DNA of 24,000 bases from contig JAHHHZ010000021.1 in assembly GCA_019359095.1 (NCBI GenBank), positions 177,327 through 201,326 on the forward strand, in the 5' to 3' direction. The notes beneath the pieces are model-generated. The model was given only the letters and a program-made list of their open reading frames with translations, did no database searches and had not been told where the DNA came from. Shown piece by piece: positions 14,337 through 21,130 of the stretch. Every line of letters begins with the position of its first letter. Within the stretch, counting starts at the first letter, position 1. The position numbers and the translations under genes are program-made. Source of the stretch: Pleurocapsa minor HA4230-MV1 (GTDB lineage: Bacteria; Cyanobacteriota; Cyanobacteriia; Cyanobacteriales; Xenococcaceae).

Positions 14337-15050
14337 CTAACAGGACTCCGTCAAATTTTGACAAGTCTGTTGTACCAGTAGATTGCAGACTTCTTGGTCT
14401 GTTGTTTGGGTAAAATTTTCATACCAAAACCCCACTGCACCTAGAGATTTGGGTGTTACTAGACAGATCATCTGATTTACTTGGTGTTTTAATTTGGCGA
14501 TCGCCTGCCGAGAAGCCACAGGAGTCGCAATAATAATTTCGGCTGGCTGGTGTTGACGTAATACTTCCACAGCAGCGTGCATCGTTAGACCAGTAGCCAG
14601 ACCATCATCAACCACGATAACAGTGCGATGGTCAATTGTCAGCATCGGGCGAGAATGACGATAACAAGATTCACGCCATCTTAATTCAGCTTTTTCTTTG
14701 GCAGCGATCGCCTGTATCCGTTCTGGGCTAAGTCCATTAGTTTGAGCTGTATCTCGATCAATAATCGTAATGCTACCGCTATAGTTGTTTAGTAAAGCAT
14801 CTTCTGCTACGGCTCCCATTGCTGTTTCTGGATATCCAGGTAAGCCTAGTTTTCTGACCAAGCATACGTCTAAGGGAATGTTTAAACTCTTGGCTATTTC
14901 GTAAGCCACAGGTACGCCACCGCGAGGTAATCCCAAAACTATCGCTTGAGAACTATTTGTATAGGCTAAAAGCTGTTGAGCTAATTTTTGACCTGCATCA
15001 CGTCGATCAGAAAAAACTGCATTCATTTTATTTACTGGTTTCTGCTCCAT
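14337..15050 (-). CDS. Phosphoribosyltransferase family protein
   Basis: It contains FSDRRDAGQKLA...LGLPRGGVPVA and the PRPP-binding loop VIVVDDGLATGLT. The start is uncertain: track ATG at 15122, internal ATGs at 15050 and 15026. Homologs as I recall them begin near FxDRxDAG. Confidence 0.75.
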   Translation of the reverse strand: MEQKPVNKMNAVFSDRRDAGQKLAQQLLAYTNSSQAIVLGLPRGGVPVAYEIAKSLNIPLDVCLVRKLGLPGYPETAMGAVAEDALLNNYSGSITIIDRDTAQTNGLSPERIQAIAAKEKAELRWRESCYRHSRPMLTIDHRTVIVVDDGLATGLTMHAAVEVLRQHQPAEIIIATPVASRQAIAKLKHQVNQMICLVTPKSLGAVGFWYENFTQTTDQEVCNLLVQQTCQNLTESC

Positions 15051-15130
15051 ACTATCAAGATAGATTAAAAGCTTGAGGAAGTTGTGAGAGTTTTGCCCAG
15101 TTGGGACGTGATTCGGTGTCAATCTGATTT

Positions 15131-15263
15131 AGGGCTATCTCGTTCTAACTGTAGTAAACCAAGAAATAAATTTCTTGGCTTAAAAACAAAGTCCGTTTAA
15201 ACGGACTTAATGTACTTAGACAGAGAATTTATTCTCTGGATATATGAGAATGAAATAGCCCTG
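15131..15263 (-). mobile_element. MITE-like element, copy 1 (~133 bp)
   Basis: It is the reverse complement of 16641-16774 with about 9 mismatches by eye. Terminal inverted repeats are AGGGCTATCTCGTTCT and AGAATGAAATAGCCCTG. Three internal hairpins are present, including the perfect palindrome AAGTCCGTTTAAACGGACTT. Confidence 0.75.
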
Positions 15264-15302
15264 CATCAGATTCAGTTAATTACTAATTTATCGCAAAAAA
15301 GA

Positions 15303-15920
15303 TTACCTTTTCTTATTGCGCATAGAAGTTCTGTTTCTTTTAATTACCCAATAAATAGAAAGCGCTATAATTACTAGTAAAACTAAAATAGAAATAGGTT
15401 TTAAATATATTGCTACTAGTTTATAGTTAGCACCTAAAAGATAACCCGATGCTGTCAAAAAAGTTATCCAAACAATACTACCCAAGGTTGAATAAAAGAA
15501 AAATGGTAATATTGGCATTTTACTAATACCTGCTGGCACAGAAATATAGGTGCGAATGCCAGGAATAAGACGGCCAAGGGCAGTAGCTATATCACCCTTT
15601 CGATCAAACCAATCCTTTGCTTGCTGCACATCTTTTCCAGAAATAGTAAGCCATTTGCCATAGCGATCGGCAATTGTTTTAGTTCTTTTTAATCCCCAAA
15701 ATTTACCCAGAAAATACCAAGGAGTTGCACCTATTACTGAACCAAAAGTTCCAGCAATTACTACCCCAAAAAAATTCAAGTTTCCTTGGGTAACTGTAAA
15801 TCCTGCCAAAGGCATAATCAACTCGGAAGGAATTGGAGGAATGATGTTTTCCAATGCCATTAATAGAGCAATTCCTACATAACCAAGAGAGTTAATTGTA
15901 TTAATGATAGATTCAAGCAT
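15303..15920 (-). CDS. DedA family inner-membrane protein
   Basis: 205 aa with the N-terminus GYVGIALLMALENIIPPIPSELIMPLAGF and a multi-TM profile typical of DedA/SNARE-associated proteins. Confidence 0.85.
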   Translation of the reverse strand: MLESIINTINSLGYVGIALLMALENIIPPIPSELIMPLAGFTVTQGNLNFFGVVIAGTFGSVIGATPWYFLGKFWGLKRTKTIADRYGKWLTISGKDVQQAKDWFDRKGDIATALGRLIPGIRTYISVPAGISKMPILPFFFYSTLGSIVWITFLTASGYLLGANYKLVAIYLKPISILVLLVIIALSIYWVIKRNRTSMRNKKR

Positions 15921-16114
15921 TAGTTATCTGTTAATTTGTAATTGACACAATATTTTTATCCAGTAAATACGGAATTAACAGCAAGTTGAAGCTGATGAAA
16001 AAGAGGATATGCGATCGCCTGAATAAATAATCATTTACCATAACTATTAAAAGGGAACTTGAACAAGTAATGTAGCTACAAGAGTACTCAAGAAAATTAG
16101 TAATAAGAAACTTG

Positions 16115-16190
16115 GTAGGTTGGGTAGAACCAAGCGTGAAACCCAACAAAATCTTTTAATCCTTGGGTTTCGTGCCTCAATCCAACCTAC
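16115..16190. repeat. Inverted pair of GTAGGTTGG...GAAACCCAA dispersed-repeat units
   Basis: GTAGGTTGGGTAGAACCAAGCGTGAAACCCAACA faces TTGGGTTTCGTGCCTCAATCCAACCTAC across a 14-nt spacer. I recall this motif family from spurious MLGF...TQPT / VGWVE...NPT ORFs in other cyanobacteria. It explains track ORF 15931-16149. Confidence 0.5.
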
Positions 16191-16236
16191 TAGCTAGACG
16201 AAAGACTAAATATTTTATTTAGCATGACTACCGAGT

Positions 16237-16524
16237 TTAAATTGGATTATTGTTAAAAATTCTTAGCCCAATAAATCCAACTAACACAACGAAACCTAAC
16301 GTCCTGCGAAAATAATTAACGCCTTGAAACAATTCAAGCCACGCCCAAGTAAACAATGAGCCAAAAGCTACTAGGTTTAACCCTACATTGATCAAGCCAG
16401 TTGTAAAAATTAGTTTGAGCAAACTAGCTACACCCCAGACAATGATAGGTAAGTTTGGTGGTTGAGCAATAACAATATTACCATTGCTGTCACGGAAGAT
16501 TTTATCGAACAAGGTCTTTTCCAT
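16237..16524 (-). CDS. Small hydrophobic membrane protein (hypothetical, ~3 TM)
   Basis: 95-aa ORF with hydrophobic segments (PIIVWGVASLLKLIF, LNLVAFGSLFTWAWL, FVVLVGFIGL). I recognise no family. Confidence 0.55.
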   Translation of the reverse strand: MEKTLFDKIFRDSNGNIVIAQPPNLPIIVWGVASLLKLIFTTGLINVGLNLVAFGSLFTWAWLELFQGVNYFRRTLGFVVLVGFIGLRIFNNNPI

Positions 16525-16640
16525 AGTTTCTATGATTGTATTTATTATTTATTTTTCTAGTTAAAAGAAAGATAAACACGAGCCTAAAGAAAGATTTTTT
16601 TGACAGACAAAATAGATAGCTGATTAAACTGACAATATTT

Positions 16641-16774
16641 CAGGGCTATTTCATTCTCATATATCCAGAAAATTTATTCTCTGTCTAAATACATTAAGTC
16701 CGTTTAAACGGACTTTAATTTTAAGCCAAGAAATTTATTTCTTGGTTCACTACAGTTAGAACGAAATAGCCCTG
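16641..16774 (+). mobile_element. MITE-like element, copy 2 (134 bp) with 10-bp target-site duplication
   Basis: The element runs CAGGGCTATTTCATTCT...AGAACGAAATAGCCCTG, with a 17-bp TIR matching at 16 of 17 positions. It is flanked by the perfect direct repeat GACAATATTT at 16631-16640 and 16775-16784. Confidence 0.8.
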
Positions 16775-16896
16775 GACAATATTTGGAATACCTTAAAGAT
16801 GTTTCCAAGAGCTATTTTCCTGTTTTTTGATTTTGGTTGCGGTAAAATAGCCATAAAGCTTTGGAGAATGTGACAATAGCGCGTTACAAATAAATT

Positions 16897-17502
16897 GTGT
16901 TCAAACTCGAATTAAATTTACCCTTAGAGGATAGTCGCACTAGAGGAAAAGATAAAACTATCATCCTGGCAGACATGACTTGGGAAGATTATCTGCAACT
17001 AACTGATAGTAATAGCTCCAACTATCGTCTCGACTATTTTGAGGGAATAATATCAATTATGGCTCCAAGCCGAAATCACGAACGTATTGTTCAAATAATA
17101 ATTTGTTTAATCAATGCTTACTGCCGAAAATATCAGCTAAAGTATTTTGCTTTCGGCTCATCAGATATAAAAAACCCTCCAGTGGCAGGCAAACAGCCCG
17201 ATGCTTCCTACTGCTTTGAAAATGAAAAAGAAATTCCTGACTTAGCTATTGAAGTAGTTTTTTCCAGCGGTGGCGTTGCCGATTTGAAAAAATATCAGAC
17301 TTTGAACGTGAAGGAAGTCTGGTTTTGGCAGCAAAATCAACTAAAAATTTACTGGCTAACAGATACCAGTTATGTATTAAAATCTCAAAGCTATGTCTTA
17401 AATAAGCTCGATTCAAATCTATTGGATAGATTTATTCAAAGAGGATTTAACGAAGACCAGCTAACAATTGAGGCTGAGTTTATTGAAGAATTAGAAGGTT
17501 GA
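16897..17502 (+). CDS. Uma2 (DUF820) family endonuclease
   Basis: 201-aa ORF with a GTG start directly after an in-frame TAA. Motifs are MTWEDYLQL...YFEGIISIMAPS..H...PDLAIEVV.S...K...Y....V.EVWFW. Confidence 0.75.
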   Translation: MFKLELNLPLEDSRTRGKDKTIILADMTWEDYLQLTDSNSSNYRLDYFEGIISIMAPSRNHERIVQIIICLINAYCRKYQLKYFAFGSSDIKNPPVAGKQPDASYCFENEKEIPDLAIEVVFSSGGVADLKKYQTLNVKEVWFWQQNQLKIYWLTDTSYVLKSQSYVLNKLDSNLLDRFIQRGFNEDQLTIEAEFIEELEG

Positions 17503-17535
17503 GCTTTTCATGGCGAGTGGAATTATATTTATCAA
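17503..17535 (+). pseudogene. Possible 3' tail of an ISAzo13-family transposase gene
   Basis: It translates to AFHGEWNYIYQ. I recall FHGEWNY(T/K)I as the extreme C-terminal motif of ISAzo13-type DDE transposases. Only about 11 codons are present, so this call is weak. Confidence 0.3.
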
Positions 17536-17585
17536 ACCTCATTATCAAACCTCAAATTGCCACCTAATTGTTCAAATTATTTTTA

Positions 17586-17687
17586 CCTTGCTTGTAATAC
17601 TTGCTCGACTGTCAAATCGATTTGTGTTAATAAGGGTGAGTAAATGCGATCGCTGCCTTGATAAACTTTTTCTTCATGAAAAGTGAT
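17586..17687 (-). pseudogene. C-terminal fragment of a third Uma2-family gene
   Basis: The minus strand reads (stop)ITFHEEKVYQGSDRIYSPLLTQIDLTVEQVLQAR(stop). This matches the usual Uma2 C-terminus (Y.G.D.I.S.L.P...LTV.QV) and the C-terminus of 8131-8841. It has no start codon. Confidence 0.45.
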
Positions 17688-17805
17688 CTATATAATAGTC
17701 TATTTTAAAAAATATCTCGCTAAATTTAAACATTATTACAATTATAGTTGTTGTGAATTTTGTTAGAATTTAATAACAACAAACTAATTTATTTATCTTA
17801 AATTA

Positions 17806-18651
17806 ATGTCTAAAATTCTTCAATTAACTCCACAACAAAAAGCATTAATTCCTATATATATAGAAAAATGGCGTAATATTGCTTTGTCCACAAAACAACT
17901 AGATCACCAGCAGGCAATAAAAACCATTCAGGCAGCATATCAATTTCTTGGGTATTGCCCACCTGAAATATTATTTTTTGAAAGTATACAATCAATTTGT
18001 AAAAATTTTATGAGTTTGTTAGAGCAAAGAATACCTAACTTATGGTTATCAGAAAAAGAGCCTCTTTTAAAAAAAATTGGTAATAGGCTAGGTAAACCGT
18101 TGGTTAATAATTTTAGCTATCAAGTTTTTAATCAGTTTCGACCAATAATTCTTTAATATATAGAATTAAAATACTATTTGGATATAATTTCGGATGCAAA
18201 TCTATCCTATGGTTTATATGATGTTATTAATGCTATATCGTATGGTTATGCTAGCAGCTTTTGCCAAATTAAAGTCAACAACAATTGGATTAAATATGAT
18301 CCACGAGTTAAATCAATAGACAAAATTAAAAATAAACTTATCAATAAATTGTCTTCTAATACTATAGAAAGTTTTTGGGAAATACCTATATCTGGTGCAT
18401 GGTTTACTGATTATTTTAACGATGTAATTATACACAAATACGATTCAGAACTATTAAGAATATACAAATCGATAATAATTGATTGCAAGGTCATCATTCC
18501 TTTTAGAGCAGTTTGCTTTGTTTGCGATCGCCCTATCAAAATTCTATTAGACAATTGCAACAATCTCCATGCAAAGGGAGAAGCTGCAATAGAATATGCA
18601 GATGGATTTAAAATTTATGCTCATCATGGTTTAGTTTTACCAGAAAAATAA
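17806..18651 (+). pseudogene. Conserved cyanobacterial hypothetical gene interrupted by a single in-frame TAA (18154-18156)
   Basis: Track ORFs 17806-18156 and 18178-18651 are in the same frame and are separated by one stop. The N-terminus LTPQQKALIPIYIEKWRNIALST and the C-terminus CDRPIKILLDN.NNLHAKGEAAIEYADGFKIYAHHGLVLPEK resemble one family that I recall as single polypeptides extending further C-terminally. The region is markedly AT-rich. Confidence 0.55.
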
Positions 18652-18727
18652 TAATTAGTTCAGCAGGAAGAAAAGTTACAGAAGATCGGGCGATCGCATT
18701 TAACTTCTAGCAGGAATTTCTATATTT

Positions 18728-19807
18728 TTACTGTACCGTCGTCTGATCCCGATTATGGATAGGAGAAAGTTGTTTGCTTTGTCTTTCTACTGCCTCAAAT
18801 AATGCTTGAAAATTACCTTGACCAAAACCCTGAGCGGAATGTCTACGTTCAATAAATTCTAAGAAAAAGGTTGGTTGTTCAAAAATAGGTTGAGTAAAGA
18901 TCTGCATTAATAAGGAGTGGGGGGAAGTCCAATCGCTATCAACTAAAATTTGCTGTTGAGCCACGGCAGCTTTTTCCTCTGCATTCAAAGACAACAATGG
19001 TTTAAGACAATCGTAATAAGCCTGGGGAACAGTTAAAAACTTTACTCTTTCTTGCATTTGAGCAACATCAGCAATTAAATTTTGCGATCGCAAGGCTAAA
19101 TGTTGAATGCCCGATCCACCATTAACATCAATAAATTCTTGAATTTGGGAATTAGCTGTAGTCGGTTGATTGATATTAAACTGCACTTCCCCCACATCAT
19201 CAATGAGAGCCTGGCTAGTTAACCCCGAACTGTTGGTCTCGATCTTAAAGCTTTGCTGAACTTTAAAGTTAAATAATTCTTGATACAGTTTAACAGCGGG
19301 GTCTAATTTACCCTGAGCTACATTTAGAACTATATGATCGATCTGAGTAATATGAGACTGACTATGGCGATCGCTCTTATAGGGTTTGAGAGCAATGGGA
19401 ACACAGCAGTCAGGTTCTTCTGTAGCTTCAATCAAAGTGTGCTGTAAATTTTGCCAGCCAGTAATCTGAGCAAATTTAAACTTACCCTGGAATGATTGCC
19501 ATGGCTGAATATTTTGCACGATTTTTACTCCTAAAGGTTGACTACGCTCAATCGTGGCAGCCAAATTCTTTACCCTGAATGCCAGATCCGCAACTCCTTC
19601 TGGATGATGCTTGAGATATTGAGCTACTGGACTAGTGGAGTTGAGGGGAGAAGAAATGACAAAATAAGCAGAATTAAGCGCAATTAACTCTGTGTGGGTA
19701 TGTTGACTAATGCAGTTGCCGATCGCTTGAAAGCCAACATTGCGGATAAACCAGTCTCTTGTTCGTGCTGCATTCCTAGTGTAGAAATGAACATGATCGA
19801 TTTTCAT
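18728..19807 (-). CDS. hppD: 4-hydroxyphenylpyruvate dioxygenase
   Basis: 359 aa with two VOC-fold halves. Motifs are MKIDHVHFY...GIQHLALRS...FLEFIERR...GFGQGNFQALFEAVE. Confidence 0.9.
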   Translation of the reverse strand: MKIDHVHFYTRNAARTRDWFIRNVGFQAIGNCISQHTHTELIALNSAYFVISSPLNSTSPVAQYLKHHPEGVADLAFRVKNLAATIERSQPLGVKIVQNIQPWQSFQGKFKFAQITGWQNLQHTLIEATEEPDCCVPIALKPYKSDRHSQSHITQIDHIVLNVAQGKLDPAVKLYQELFNFKVQQSFKIETNSSGLTSQALIDDVGEVQFNINQPTTANSQIQEFIDVNGGSGIQHLALRSQNLIADVAQMQERVKFLTVPQAYYDCLKPLLSLNAEEKAAVAQQQILVDSDWTSPHSLLMQIFTQPIFEQPTFFLEFIERRHSAQGFGQGNFQALFEAVERQSKQLSPIHNRDQTTVQ

Positions 19808-19839
19808 AAAATTACCGCTGGCATGTTTATTTAGCCTTT

Positions 19840-20709
19840 TTATTTACTCGCACAAATTAGCCCAAAACGAACCAATCCTTTGCTATAACCACTGCTCATT
19901 AAGCCCAAAGATAATGCTCCTTGGATCGTCTGCCAACCTGCTTTAAATAAGCCAGTAATTGCCTTGGGAGCGATCGCCGAATCAATCACCACATCCCAAA
20001 ATGGCTCAACTGCGATCGACCAATCATCAGATTTCATGTTTTGGAAACCGCACTCTGTAACAATTTTCCGATACTCCGAGAGTGAAATGACGTAAGGCAA
20101 GCAATACACTCGATAAATTTCTTTAAGATGAGCCACCTCATTAGGAGTTAAATCTCCTGCTAAGGAATCAGTCTCTCGATGACACCAGGTAGCAAAGATC
20201 ATTTTTCCGCCTGGTTTTAGCACACGATAGCATTCCGAGAGGAACTTAGCTTTATTTGGCATATGTTCGCCACTTTCTAACGACCATACCAGGTCAAAAG
20301 TATTGTCCCCAAAAGGCATATCTAGGGCATTAGCCACTTCAAAATTTACTCGACCTTCTAAACCTGCTGCTGCTGCTCTTTCCTTAGCTCTTGATGCTTG
20401 AACAGGAGAGAGAGTGATGCCTGTGGCTTTGCAGCCAAATTTTTGTGCTAGGTGTAGAGTGCTGCCACCAATACCGCAGCCAACGTCAATTATATTTTGC
20501 GGGGGATTACCTTTGTTATGACCACTGTTATAACCACTCCAAAGTAATAACTCTTCAATTAGTTCGATTTGTGCCTGACGGCGATCGAGCTTGTAATTAC
20601 CATTTTTACCATAGTAACCGTGGTGCATATGTTCGCCCCAGATAGACTCCCATAGTTCACTAGAAGCATCATAAAACTCGCGAATATCTTGATATAGACT
20701 ATTACTCAT
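19840..20709 (-). CDS. Gamma-tocopherol methyltransferase (slr0089-like SAM-dependent methyltransferase)
   Basis: LYQDIREFYDASSELWESIWGEHMHHGYYG...DRRQAQIELIEELL...DVGCGIGGS...WSLESGEHMPNKAKFL...LKPGG...ATWCHR closely tracks my memory of Synechocystis slr0089. The start could be 20709 (MSNSLYQ) or the track ATG at 20766. Confidence 0.85.
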   Translation of the reverse strand: MSNSLYQDIREFYDASSELWESIWGEHMHHGYYGKNGNYKLDRRQAQIELIEELLLWSGYNSGHNKGNPPQNIIDVGCGIGGSTLHLAQKFGCKATGITLSPVQASRAKERAAAAGLEGRVNFEVANALDMPFGDNTFDLVWSLESGEHMPNKAKFLSECYRVLKPGGKMIFATWCHRETDSLAGDLTPNEVAHLKEIYRVYCLPYVISLSEYRKIVTECGFQNMKSDDWSIAVEPFWDVVIDSAIAPKAITGLFKAGWQTIQGALSLGLMSSGYSKGLVRFGLICASK

Positions 20710-20923
20710 AAAACAAAAAATTAGCTGAAGGCACAGACGTATTCTTACCATAGCTAAATCATGCATTTTTCGCTAAAAATCAGACTATTTAGTAAAAAAT
20801 AATGAATAAATCTAATGATTTTCGAGGAGATATTGCAGAAGCGTTTAAAACTTTACTAAGTTTCTCAGCTCATTTTGATTCACCTAAGTAGGTGGGTGTA
20901 ATTAAATTGGAAATGAGGTTAGG

Positions 20924-20951
20924 GAGTAACAAGTAACGAGTAAAGAGTAAT
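20924..20951. repeat. Degenerate heptamer array (GAGTAAC AAGTAAC GAGTAAA GAGTAAT)
   Basis: Four 7-bp units are read directly. They are related to the AGTAATC phase of the array at 21054-21130. Confidence 0.45.
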
Positions 20952-21053
20952 ATGCGGAGCGGTATCCTTTAGGACAAATAGCTCTAAGGGTAGGGGTTTG
21001 ATCAATTATTTTGCCTACCTACTTAATTGATTTTCTGTTCAAGCGATCGCCTG

Positions 21054-21130
21054 TAATCAGTAACCAGTCACCAGTAATCAGTAATCAGTAATCAGTAATC
21101 AGTAATCAGTAATCAGTAATCAGTAATCAT
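21054..21130. repeat. Heptanucleotide tandem array (TAATCAG)n, STRR-like
   Basis: There are eleven 7-bp units: TAATCAG, TAACCAG, TCACCAG, then 7 perfect TAATCAG units (21075-21123), then TAATCAT. The last unit's AT supplies the first two bases of the AddA-like ATG (21129-21131). Confidence 0.9.

Noticed and set aside
15931-16149. 72-aa minus-strand ORF
   Set aside because: It begins in the GTAGGTTGG repeat (MLGFTLGSTQPT) and runs through A/T-rich spacer. This is a typical repeat-derived pseudo-ORF.
15131-16774. Composite transposon formed by the two MITE copies
   Set aside because: Copy 2 has its own intact 10-bp TSD on both sides. The copies therefore inserted independently rather than moving as one unit with the enclosed genes.
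20802-20891. 29-codon ORF (MNKSNDFRGDIAEAFKTLLSFSAHFDSPK) in the spacer upstream of the AddA-like gene
   Set aside because: It has no RBS and no recognisable motif, and its length is consistent with chance.
20885-21029. Inverted repeat TAAGTAGGTGGGT / GCCTACCTACTTA bracketing the degenerate heptamer tract
   Set aside because: Only 9 perfect bp (12/13 extended). My rough estimate is that this is not clearly beyond chance in a 360-bp A/T-rich spacer.
21054-21130. CRISPR array
   Set aside because: The units are 7 bp and contiguous with no spacers. This is a microsatellite-type tandem repeat.
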